DNA of 38,367 nt. It comes from a virus. Lineage: Duplodnaviria > Heunggongvirae > Uroviricota > Caudoviricetes. Location: IMG/VR virus record IMGVR_UViG_2713897190_000002. One strand, written 5' to 3'. A program made the position numbers and the translations under genes. The notes under the pieces were generated by a model. The model ran no database searches. It saw only the letters and a list, made by a program, of their open reading frames with translations, and was not told the DNA's origin. Below are positions 1 through 8,680 of this stretch, piece by piece (within the stretch, counting starts at the first letter, position 1; each line of letters opens with the position of its first letter).

Positions 1-91
1 CACAACATCCGAGGACAGCAACACCCGATACTTTTTCCTGGCTTCCAGCAACGGGGTTTCTTCCTCCGTTGCATATACAGCTCACCTTTTT

Positions 92-385
92 TCACCCACG
101 ATTAACCAACAGCCAGACCAGCAGACACGCCACCACCGGCACAGCAAAATCCATCAGGCTTGCCACATCCCAAGCTCGCGGATCAAAACCGCCCCACCAC
201 GGCATATTCATTCGCTTGCCATGCCCGAACATTTCAATCCAGCGATATTCTGCCTGGGTATGTTCACGCGCAATGAAGAACGTACAACCGGCTATCGCTC
301 CGTAAGCCCAGTTTCCGGTAAAAAGACCAACCAGTATCTGCGCAGCCACAGCACAAAGCGCATGAAGTAAGGGGCTTATATCCAT
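92..385 (-). CDS. hypothetical small membrane protein (97 aa), last gene of the tail fiber cluster
   Basis: ORF with ATG start and a strong Shine-Dalgarno (AAGGAGG) upstream; two or three hydrophobic segments in the translation; no homolog recognised. Confidence 0.5.
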   Translation of the reverse strand: MDISPLLHALCAVAAQILVGLFTGNWAYGAIAGCTFFIAREHTQAEYRWIEMFGHGKRMNMPWWGGFDPRAWDVASLMDFAVPVVACLLVWLLVNRG

Positions 386-397
386 TATTTCCTCCTT

Positions 398-676
398 TCA
401 GCTCCATTCCCGAAGCGGTGTTTCCAGCTCCACGACATAATCAGAGAATACAGAAACATCAAACAAGTCATCAAGAATGCGAATGTTGACAAAATAACCG
501 TCATTCCGGACACAGACAGGTTCTCCCTCTTCTGTTACCCCTGTTTCTGTGTAGGTGAAACCAATTTCATCGACTAACAGTTTATTCTGGAGGTCTTCAT
601 CCTCCTCCCAGTCAAGAGATGACAGGAAGGCCTTAAACTGCAGTTTGTCATGAAACTTCAAAGTTAAATCTTTCAT
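398..676 (-). CDS. hypothetical acidic protein (92 aa), translationally coupled to the tail fiber gene
   Basis: ATG overlaps the stop of the upstream tail fiber ORF (ATGA arrangement); acidic translation; possibly a fiber chaperone or accessory protein, not recognised. Confidence 0.45.
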   Translation of the reverse strand: MKDLTLKFHDKLQFKAFLSSLDWEEDEDLQNKLLVDEIGFTYTETGVTEEGEPVCVRNDGYFVNIRILDDLFDVSVFSDYVVELETPLREWS

Positions 677-2733
677 ACGACCTCTTTTAATTGCCTGTCA
701 TTTAATTCTTTATGCCATATGCGGAAATTGCGAATATGGCCAAACAGATGTCGTTCTCCAGTATTCGTCTGCCCTCCAAATCGGATATTTTTATCAGCGG
801 TCACACCATTATATTCACAATAAACTTCATTAACCGCTTTACCATTTGTCACCACATGAAAGTGACCATCAGCTTTTGCAATACATCCAAATGTGGTTTT
901 CTCTGCAAATACATCTGTCGCTGCGCTATTAACATACAAGCCTGAAGGGTTTGACAGACTCATATATAACTTACCACTACCTCTGTTGATTGCTGCAATT
1001 GCTGATTGCCCGGTATTGGCTGCTGCTATATCCCACACGCGGGGTGCGGCGTTTGGTGCAATATCCCAGTTTTTATGAATCTCAAGTAAAAAAGTAAATG
1101 GTAACTTATAAAGATTATTTCTGGTGGGGATACTAACCAAATCACTGGCTCTTGTCGTTGCGCTGCCTCCTGAAATAATAAATGATGATACACACGGCCC
1201 ATTCTCTACTTGTGGGGTGGCAAGATAAATATAGTCACCAGATACTGTTGCCCCACCCCGCTCAGGAGAATACTGTATCTGAGAGCCTATTTTTAACTCA
1301 CCATCAATTGCCTGAATCGTTGCCTCTGCAAAAATCCAGCCTGTGGTCTTATCCTTCCTGACTCGTGCCGTAATTCTGCCGGCAGCCCCACCTGTCATAT
1401 TAATTTCAAGCGTTTGCGTATCAATGTACGCATCGCCAAGAAAAGTTGTTGCACTACCATCATACTTATCAAACCGTATACGTAACCTTACCTGTCGTTC
1501 TGTTTTAAAACGGCATGAGGTTGTCACGTACTTGTTATCGCCTGAGACATCAACTGACTTTGTTGCAGCAATTGATGCCATATTAATAGCCGAAGTTTGC
1601 CCAACCAGAGAATCGTTGCAGACAAACTTTCCATAAGTAAAACCAAAACTATCTGTCCCGGTTTCGGGCACATCCATGTTTGATGACTTCCCCCAGCTGG
1701 CTGGACTTTCCGAATTGAGCATGTAGTTCGTTCTTTGTCCCTCAATAAGCAGGCCATCACACTCAAATCGCGGCTCATTAATTTCCGCCGTTTTCAGTTC
1801 GCCAGATTTGTTGATATATGTTGCCGTTGATGCGCGACTGAAATTAACCTGTTTATCACTGGCGACCTGAACCACATCGTCACCAATAGCTATTTTTTTA
1901 TAGCCCGGAGAAAAACCCGCAATCATATCCAGTGAATCGTTAAACGGTATCCACACATCAGGCAGCGGCGGCACTATATTCGCATAGGGCTCTGCAGTCA
2001 CTTCCGCTGCGACTTCTGCGCGGTCTGCCGCCTTTTCAGCCCGTGTCGCTGCCGACAGAGCCTCATCCTTTTTCTGCCCGGCCTTTGTTGCGTCTGCTGC
2101 GGCCTCCCGCGCTTTTGTGGTGGCGACTCCGGCATTTTCAGCGGCTGACTCTGCATTACGGCGGGAAGCCTCTTCACTGTCTGCGGAGGCTTCTTCTGAC
2201 GCACGGGCATTTGTCTCTGAACGTTCTGCCGCTGTTGCTGCGTTTTGTGCGGCTGTTTTTGAAGAAGCTGCCGCTTTCGCGCTGTTACCTGCATTCGTCT
2301 CTGATGTTTTCGCCGCATTCCTGGACGATGCCGCTGCTGTTTCTGATTTCTTTGCTGCCGCTGCGCTCTGAGAGGCGGCTTCAGCGTTGCGTGCCACCTC
2401 TTCCACCATCTTTTCAAAACGATACAGTGCCTCCGGACGAACATCATCTTCTGTTGCAGCGCCCAGAAAATCATTCAATGTCCCCGGCTTAGAATCCTCA
2501 TACACGGTGATGGCCCCGGCATGTGAAGGCGGAAAACCTTCAACCAGCAGGATAACGCTGTACTGGCCATACTCGACATCCATGCTGTAACGTCCGGCTT
2601 CATCCGGATTTTCTGAGGCCACCGTGTTCACCACAACCGTGGTGCTGTTACGTTTTGCTTTGAGCTGAATGGTGCAGTTCTGTATCGGTTTTCCTGCACC
2701 GTCTTTCAGCACGCCTGAAATCTGTACTGCCAT
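673..2733 (-). CDS. tail fiber protein with Ala/Ser-rich repeat region
   Basis: Long ORF directly downstream of J; N-terminus MAVQISGVLKDGAGKPIQNCTIQLKA resembles lambdoid prophage tail fiber proteins; long Ala-rich low-complexity stretch. Start set at the internal ATG with GGAG upstream; the track ORF begins 2 codons earlier at GTG (2739). Confidence 0.8.
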   Translation of the reverse strand: MAVQISGVLKDGAGKPIQNCTIQLKAKRNSTTVVVNTVASENPDEAGRYSMDVEYGQYSVILLVEGFPPSHAGAITVYEDSKPGTLNDFLGAATEDDVRPEALYRFEKMVEEVARNAEAASQSAAAAKKSETAAASSRNAAKTSETNAGNSAKAAASSKTAAQNAATAAERSETNARASEEASADSEEASRRNAESAAENAGVATTKAREAAADATKAGQKKDEALSAATRAEKAADRAEVAAEVTAEPYANIVPPLPDVWIPFNDSLDMIAGFSPGYKKIAIGDDVVQVASDKQVNFSRASTATYINKSGELKTAEINEPRFECDGLLIEGQRTNYMLNSESPASWGKSSNMDVPETGTDSFGFTYGKFVCNDSLVGQTSAINMASIAATKSVDVSGDNKYVTTSCRFKTERQVRLRIRFDKYDGSATTFLGDAYIDTQTLEINMTGGAAGRITARVRKDKTTGWIFAEATIQAIDGELKIGSQIQYSPERGGATVSGDYIYLATPQVENGPCVSSFIISGGSATTRASDLVSIPTRNNLYKLPFTFLLEIHKNWDIAPNAAPRVWDIAAANTGQSAIAAINRGSGKLYMSLSNPSGLYVNSAATDVFAEKTTFGCIAKADGHFHVVTNGKAVNEVYCEYNGVTADKNIRFGGQTNTGERHLFGHIRNFRIWHKELNDRQLKEVV

Positions 2734-2744
2734 ATTCACTCCAC

Positions 2745-2772
2745 AAATAAAAAAGGCGCCATTTCTGGCGCC
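2745..2772 (-). terminator. rho-independent terminator after J (tJ-like)
   Basis: On the - strand, GC hairpin GGCGCCAGAAATGGCGCC followed by TTTTTTATTT immediately after the J stop codon. Confidence 0.6.
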
Positions 2773-2791
2773 CGTATCTGGGTTATAAAAT

Positions 2792-5700
2792 TCAACTGAT
2801 ACTGATACCGGCTGTAGATTTCTTCATCACAACAACAAGAAGGTCGCTGATACTGGTCGTTGGCGTCCAGTTATTAGCACCATATGAAGAAACATTGAAA
2901 GTCAGGGTGACATGGCCGTGTCCGGCAGGCATATCAATGACTGATGAAAATACCCTGCTGACATCCGTCGCGGGTTGCTGAAAGATTTCCTGTCCGTTCT
3001 TCAGTACCTGCAGCTTACAGGTTGAATACCAGTATGACTGTTGGTTGTTGCTGTTGAAGTTTTCATGCTTACCCCCACGAAACAGAACGGGGGGGACTAC
3101 TATCTGACGGTCAAAAGCCTGGTCATCGTACACAGTGACCGTTATTGTACCGCTGGCATAACTGCCATTTCTCGGAAAGGCTTTTCCCACCGTTTTGACA
3201 ATATCACCTTCAATCTGGTTAGCTGACAGTTTTCCCAGAATCCGACAGTTCTGATTAATCGTGACGTTGTTGAGCGTCCCGGAGTTCGCGTTCACGTTAC
3301 CGCTGATATCCGCATTTTTCGCAGAAAGTCGACCATCAGGTGTCAGTGAAAACGTTGGGGGATTGCCACCGCTGGTAATGGTGGGAGCCGTCAGATATTT
3401 CAGGAACACTTCGTTCATGAATATCTGATCGCCCTGCCCAACAAACATCGGCTTTGTGTTGCCATTCGCAGGATTAATCATCGCAATCCTGTCCGCCGCC
3501 AGCAGCACCTGACTCTGCATACCGTCAGGAGTATTCTCAACACCGGCACCAATACCCGCGATATAAAGGCGTCCGTCCTGCATCTGCTGCAGCTTCACAG
3601 CCCACATGCTGTTCAGGTTATTATTTGTATCAACCTGAACCTTCTGTATCTGCTGGATCGCTGCACTCTGGTCTTCCAGTTTCTTATTGACGGTCTGCGT
3701 GATTTCATTGCTGACACCCGTAATGGACGTCCTGATTTCAGCCAGGTCAGGCGCAAGCTGACCGTTATCAATCTGCGTCCACAACTCCTGAGCCAGATGG
3801 GTTTTCCCTATCTCTCCTTTGAAAAAATTCAGATAGCCGGATGCATCATCACTCGGCTGGCCAACAGCCTCCACAAATGCCGATTTGCCAACGGTGTTCA
3901 CACTGCGGATGTAAAAATAATAATCATGGCCCGGTTTGATATTGATACTGGCGGCTATCCAGTACAGCGCCGTGCCAAGATAGCGTGCTGTGGTTTCAAC
4001 CTGCCTGATATCCGCAATCCGCTTTTCCGAGAACCAGAACTCAAACTGTACCGTCGGATCATAAACCGCAAGATGCGGCGTGGCGGTTATCTGAAAATAC
4101 CCCGGTGTCAGCTCAATCTGCGACGGCGCTGCCGGTGCGGCAATCCGGAACGATACCGATGCCGGATCGCCCTGCTGCCCCCACGCATTTACCGCCCGGA
4201 CTGTCAGCCTGTAGTTCCCCAGCGCCAGTTGCCTGAAGCGGTATGTGGTTTCCGTCGTCCGGGCCGTGCTGACCAGCCGCTCACTGCCGTCATCCGCTGC
4301 CACGGTCAGGCGAAGCATAAAGCTCACCCCCTTCACCACCTTCGGCGTGTCCCAGCGCGCCAGCACCTGATATTCCCCGCTGTCTGCGGTGACTTCGGCA
4401 GTCAGGTGCTGCACCGCTGGCGGCGTGACACCATTCACCGTGCCGCTCTGGTCGCCGTCAAAGTGCGCCCCGTTATCCACGATGGCCTCTTTTTCCGGTA
4501 CATGCTGCACGGCAGTGATGGCATACGTGCCGTCATCGTTCTCACGGATACTCACACAGCGGAACAGGCGCTGGCGCAACGTTGGCAACTTCAGCCCCCA
4601 CACGCTGTATTCTGCAACGCCGTCAGGAACACGGCTCACTTTTACCTTCACGCCGTCGGTGACGGACTGGACCTCCACGCTGACCGGATTCCCCTGTCCG
4701 TCAGCCAGGCTTATCAGCGTGGTGCCGGAGGATGGCAGCGTGATTTCACGGTCGAGCGTCAGTGTCCGCGTCTGGTTGTTCACCGCCAGCACGCGCCCGC
4801 CGATGCTGATCCCCGCATAGTCATCATCACAGATTTCAATGACATCGCCCGGTACATGGCGAAGCCCTTCTGCACCCACGCTGAAGTCCACGGTCTGCGT
4901 TTCCAGCAGCTCCGTTTTAATCAGCCACAGCCCGGCGCGGTGTGCCTGCCCCCGGCTGGTACAGCCAAAGGCATCCATCTTCGTGACGTTACGACCGTAA
5001 CGGGCAATGGCCTGCGTGTCCTCCACAAGCTCTGTCGCCGTCTCCCAGCCGTTATCCGGGTCAATCCAGTTCACCTCAACGGCATTATGGCGGTCTTTCA
5101 GGGCGCTGAAGCTGTAGCGGAACGGCGCGCCATCATCCGGCATCACCACATTACTGCGGTTATAGGTCCACACCTTATCCGACGGTCGGTCCTGCACGAA
5201 TGTCAGCGTCTGCCCGTTCCATACCGGCATACAGCGCATCGCCGAGCAAAAATCACTGAGCACATCCCACGCCTTGCGCTGTGTGGTCAGGTACGCATTA
5301 CAGGTGATGCGCGGCTCCGTGCCGCCAAAGCCGTCCGGCACTGACTGGTCGCAATTCTGGCCGATGACATACAGCGCCCATTTATCCACATCTGCCGCAC
5401 CAAGACGTTTCCCCATGCCGTAGCGCGGATGGGTCAGCATATCCCACAGACACCAGGCCATGTTGTTGCTGTATGCTGGCTTAAACGTTCCGTCCCAGAT
5501 ACCGCTGTATTGCCGCGTCTGCGGGTTATAGTTCGACGGCACCTGCAGAATGCGCCCGCGAAGATGATAATTACGGCTCACCTGCTGGCTGCCGAACTGC
5601 TCCGAGTCCACCTGTACGCCGACCAGTGCCGTGTTCGGGTAGCACTGTTTCACATCGATGATTTCGGTGTATGACGACCAGAGCGTTTTGTTCTGCAACT

Positions 5701-6274
5701 GGTCTGTGGTGCTGTCCGGCGTCATCCTGCGCATCCGGATATTAAACGGGCGCGGCGGCAGGTTATCCACCACCACCGAGGCCAGATACTGCGACGTGGT
5801 TTTGCCCTTAATGGTGATGTCTTTTTCCGTCACCCAGCCACCGTTACGTTGAATCTGAACCAGCAGGCGGACTTCCGATGGATTCCTGTCCCCCTTTGAG
5901 GTGGTTTCCACCAGTGCCTGCACGCCGAAAGTAAAACGCAGACGGTCAATGTTTGCCGACGTGATGGTCCGGGTGATCGGCGTGTCATATTTCACTTCTG
6001 TACCGAGCACCGTCTCGGAGCCGGAGGATTCAAATCCCTCCGGCGGTGTCTGCTCCTGCTCACCGGCCCGGAACACCACCGTGACGCCGAATATATTGGT
6101 ATTCCCCTCACTGTCCAGCACCGGCGTACTGTTCAGCAGCACGCTTTTTAATCCATCCACCGGACCTTCAACCGGCCCTTCGCTGATGGCGTCTATCACG
6201 CTCAGCATCTGGGATGATTTCAGGTTGTCCTTCGCTTCGCGCGGGGTATGCCCCTTACTGCTGCCTTTACCCAT
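2792..6274 (-). CDS. J: tail tip host specificity protein J
   Basis: 1160 aa; N-terminus [20 protein letters not shown] and long internal stretches match lambda gpJ as recalled; position after I matches lambda order. Confidence 0.95.
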   Translation of the reverse strand: MGKGSSKGHTPREAKDNLKSSQMLSVIDAISEGPVEGPVDGLKSVLLNSTPVLDSEGNTNIFGVTVVFRAGEQEQTPPEGFESSGSETVLGTEVKYDTPITRTITSANIDRLRFTFGVQALVETTSKGDRNPSEVRLLVQIQRNGGWVTEKDITIKGKTTSQYLASVVVDNLPPRPFNIRMRRMTPDSTTDQLQNKTLWSSYTEIIDVKQCYPNTALVGVQVDSEQFGSQQVSRNYHLRGRILQVPSNYNPQTRQYSGIWDGTFKPAYSNNMAWCLWDMLTHPRYGMGKRLGAADVDKWALYVIGQNCDQSVPDGFGGTEPRITCNAYLTTQRKAWDVLSDFCSAMRCMPVWNGQTLTFVQDRPSDKVWTYNRSNVVMPDDGAPFRYSFSALKDRHNAVEVNWIDPDNGWETATELVEDTQAIARYGRNVTKMDAFGCTSRGQAHRAGLWLIKTELLETQTVDFSVGAEGLRHVPGDVIEICDDDYAGISIGGRVLAVNNQTRTLTLDREITLPSSGTTLISLADGQGNPVSVEVQSVTDGVKVKVSRVPDGVAEYSVWGLKLPTLRQRLFRCVSIRENDDGTYAITAVQHVPEKEAIVDNGAHFDGDQSGTVNGVTPPAVQHLTAEVTADSGEYQVLARWDTPKVVKGVSFMLRLTVAADDGSERLVSTARTTETTYRFRQLALGNYRLTVRAVNAWGQQGDPASVSFRIAAPAAPSQIELTPGYFQITATPHLAVYDPTVQFEFWFSEKRIADIRQVETTARYLGTALYWIAASINIKPGHDYYFYIRSVNTVGKSAFVEAVGQPSDDASGYLNFFKGEIGKTHLAQELWTQIDNGQLAPDLAEIRTSITGVSNEITQTVNKKLEDQSAAIQQIQKVQVDTNNNLNSMWAVKLQQMQDGRLYIAGIGAGVENTPDGMQSQVLLAADRIAMINPANGNTKPMFVGQGDQIFMNEVFLKYLTAPTITSGGNPPTFSLTPDGRLSAKNADISGNVNANSGTLNNVTINQNCRILGKLSANQIEGDIVKTVGKAFPRNGSYASGTITVTVYDDQAFDRQIVVPPVLFRGGKHENFNSNNQQSYWYSTCKLQVLKNGQEIFQQPATDVSRVFSSVIDMPAGHGHVTLTFNVSSYGANNWTPTTSISDLLVVVMKKSTAGISIS

Positions 6275-6334
6275 TCCTCATGCTCCATAAACGATAAAAC
6301 CGCCCGGAGGCGGTTTCACATAAAACATTTTGCA

Positions 6335-7006
6335 TCAGCGACCAATCACCACAACCTGACCACCATCCCCTTCGTCTGCCGTGCTGATCTCCTGAGAAAC
6401 CACGCGTGACCCCACGCGCATTTCACCGTACAGAACCGGCAGAACATTGCCCTGGGCAACCATGTTATCCAGTGAGGAGAAATAGGTGTTCTGTTTGCCG
6501 TTATCCGTTGTCTGTGTACGGGGAGTTCTGGCTTTCGGTGCCAGCATCTGCGCCACACCACCGAGCACCATACTGGCACCGAGAGAAAACAGGATGCCGG
6601 TCATACCACCGGCCCCAATGGCTGCCCCCCATGCTGCAAGGGTGGCTCCGGCGGTAAAGAATGATCCGGCAATGGCGGCAGCCCCCAGGACAATCTGGAA
6701 TACGCCACCTGACTTGGCCCCGGCGACTCTGGGAACAATATGAATCACAGCGCCATCAGGCAGAGTCTCATGTAACTGCGCCGTTAACCCGGACGTGCTG
6801 ACGTCCCGCCCGGCAATCCGTACCTGATACCAGCCGTCGCTCAGTTTCTGACGAAACACCGGGAGCTGTGTGGCCAGTGCGCGGATGGCTTCAGCCCCCG
6901 TTTTCACACGAAGGTCGATGCGGCGGCCAAATCGTTGTAAATCCCCGTAAAGGCAGATGCGCGCCATGCCCGGTGACGCCAGAGGGAGTGTGTGCGTCGC
7001 TGCCAT
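6335..7006 (-). CDS. I: tail assembly protein I
   Basis: 223 aa, MAATHTLPLASPGMARICLYGDLQRFGRR matches lambda gpI; Gly/Ala-rich hydrophobic C-terminal half. Confidence 0.9.
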   Translation of the reverse strand: MAATHTLPLASPGMARICLYGDLQRFGRRIDLRVKTGAEAIRALATQLPVFRQKLSDGWYQVRIAGRDVSTSGLTAQLHETLPDGAVIHIVPRVAGAKSGGVFQIVLGAAAIAGSFFTAGATLAAWGAAIGAGGMTGILFSLGASMVLGGVAQMLAPKARTPRTQTTDNGKQNTYFSSLDNMVAQGNVLPVLYGEMRVGSRVVSQEISTADEGDGGQVVVIGR

Positions 7007-7647
7007 TTGTCGGTATACCTCTCTCGTTTACTCAGTTGTTCAGGAATATGGTGCAGCAGCTCGCCGTCACCACAGTAAATAGCGGCATGATTCGGCACCG
7101 ATGAACCAAAGCAGCACAGCAGCACATCGCCCGGCTGCGCCGCTGACAACGGCACCTGATACAGCCCTGTGGCCTCCAGATTATCAAGATAGAGATTCTG
7201 GCCGTTACGCCACCAGTCATCCTCACGATGAAAGTCCGGCATCTCAATCCCCGCCAGATGGTAAGCGTCCCGGAACAGCGTGTAACAGTCCGTCACCCCG
7301 TGCTCAAAGCGCCGCCCGGTGAGATGCGGCACACAGCGGAACTTATGAATCGCCCCCCGGCAGACCAGCCACCACGGCAAATCACTCTGCACCTGCAGCC
7401 GCCGGTCGGCCTCACTCAGCCAGGGCAGACCACCGGGATGACTGTGGACCAGCGCCACAATCTCACCCTGCATCTCTGCCTGCAGCCAGTCCTCCGGAGC
7501 CATCCGGAAATACGCCTCCGGCTCACCGGAGATATTCACGCAGGGAAAATATCTTTCCCCCTCCGGCGCTCTCACCACGAAGCCGCACGACTCCGCTGGC
7601 GCACATCGCCGGGCATGCGCCAGAATCGCTGATTCTGTCTCTGTCAT
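6904..7647 (-). CDS. K: tail assembly protein K (JAB/MPN plus NlpC/P60-like)
   Basis: MTETESAILAHARRCAPAESCGFVV with an HSHP metalloprotease-type motif, as in lambda gpK; the ORF overlaps the start of I by about 100 nt. Confidence 0.85.
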   Translation of the reverse strand: MTETESAILAHARRCAPAESCGFVVRAPEGERYFPCVNISGEPEAYFRMAPEDWLQAEMQGEIVALVHSHPGGLPWLSEADRRLQVQSDLPWWLVCRGAIHKFRCVPHLTGRRFEHGVTDCYTLFRDAYHLAGIEMPDFHREDDWWRNGQNLYLDNLEATGLYQVPLSAAQPGDVLLCCFGSSVPNHAAIYCGDGELLHHIPEQLSKRERYTDKWQRRTHSLWRHRAWRASAFTGIYNDLAAASTFV

Positions 7648-7652
7648 GGGAT

Positions 7653-8351
7653 TTACTGCGAAAGTTTGTTAATGGAAAGGAAGCCGCCAAAGTTGCCGAC
7701 GTTATTGCGAAACTTACAGCCGCTCAGGCATTTGCTGCATTTATCCTTCGTGATATCGGAAGTCGGCTGATCATATTCATCCGCGACCGCCGGACCGTGA
7801 TAACCGCACTCATCACCGCGATAGGTCCAGGTGCAGGTATTAGCCAGCATGATGCGCCCCGGAAAAACGGCACCATCCGTTTCCGTCGGTGTGGACAGTA
7901 CAAAGGAGGCACTGACCGCACTCAGTTCGCTGCACTGCTCGATGCGCCAGCGGCTGATCACCTCCTGCTCCGGATCGGCGTCGCTGTTTCCGTTGACGAA
8001 GTTCACCGCATCCAGAAAACGGGCGTAAACCTTACGCCTGACCACCGTTCCGCCGACCAGACTCTGCAGATCTTCCACCATCCCGGTGACCATACCGTAC
8101 AGGTTAGAAACCGTCAGCGTGGGGCGCGTACTGGTGCCTTTGCCATTCAGTTCAAAACTACTCCCCTGAATGGGATACGGCTGATACTGTCGCCCCTGCC
8201 AGGTGACCGGCTCACCTTTTTCGTTCTGCTCATTACAGAAAAAATAACGTTCTCCACCGACCTCTGTCAGATCGATTTCCCAGAGCACCACGCTGGCCGA
8301 CTGCTCCGCACGGGTGCATTCATTCAATGTTTCCTGCCGGATATCCTGCAT
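7653..8351 (-). CDS. L: minor tail protein L
   Basis: 232 aa, same length and position as lambda gpL; ATG overlaps the stop of M. Confidence 0.9.
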   Translation of the reverse strand: MQDIRQETLNECTRAEQSASVVLWEIDLTEVGGERYFFCNEQNEKGEPVTWQGRQYQPYPIQGSSFELNGKGTSTRPTLTVSNLYGMVTGMVEDLQSLVGGTVVRRKVYARFLDAVNFVNGNSDADPEQEVISRWRIEQCSELSAVSASFVLSTPTETDGAVFPGRIMLANTCTWTYRGDECGYHGPAVADEYDQPTSDITKDKCSKCLSGCKFRNNVGNFGGFLSINKLSQ

Positions 8352-8680
8352 CAGTTCACCACCTGTTCAAACTCTGCGCTGAACTCAACACGCAGCATAC
8401 TGACCCGCGACGACCATTTTGCGCAGGTCACCTTTATCTGCCTGTAACCATAAGGCGGCGTCCACAGAAAGGCCTTCCAGCCCCCGTGCTCAGCCAGAAA
8501 CGACTCCAGCGCCGTGGCCTCCTCACGGGAGACAGACAGCGTCACGCTGTACGTTTTCAGGTCAGCGTTCAGCCCGGCAGGCGCACGCTGGGAATAGCCA
8601 TCACCAAAGCGCACCTCCCTGACGGAAGGAGCCGATGTCACATCCATCCCGGGTTTCACTTTCCAGCGGAAGGTTTTCAT
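8351..8680 (-). CDS. M: minor tail protein M
   Basis: 109 aa, same length and position as lambda gpM. Confidence 0.9.
   Translation of the reverse strand: MKTFRWKVKPGMDVTSAPSVREVRFGDGYSQRAPAGLNADLKTYSVTLSVSREEATALESFLAEHGGWKAFLWTPPYGYRQIKVTCAKWSSRVSMLRVEFSAEFEQVVN

Noticed and set aside
1998-2492. ORFs of 158 aa (-) and 149 aa and 84 aa (+) in the tail fiber repeat region
   Set aside because: They are alternative frames of the Ala-rich repeat DNA, with low-complexity Arg/Gln/Leu-rich translations and no Shine-Dalgarno; the tail fiber frame is the coding one.
3797-5344. 515-aa ORF on the + strand
   Set aside because: It lies entirely antisense within J, whose translation matches lambda gpJ along its whole length. 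Its Arg/Pro/His-rich composition is typical of the antisense frame of GC-rich coding DNA.
7797-8447. 216-aa ORF on the + strand
   Set aside because: It is antisense across the L and M genes, with no independent support.
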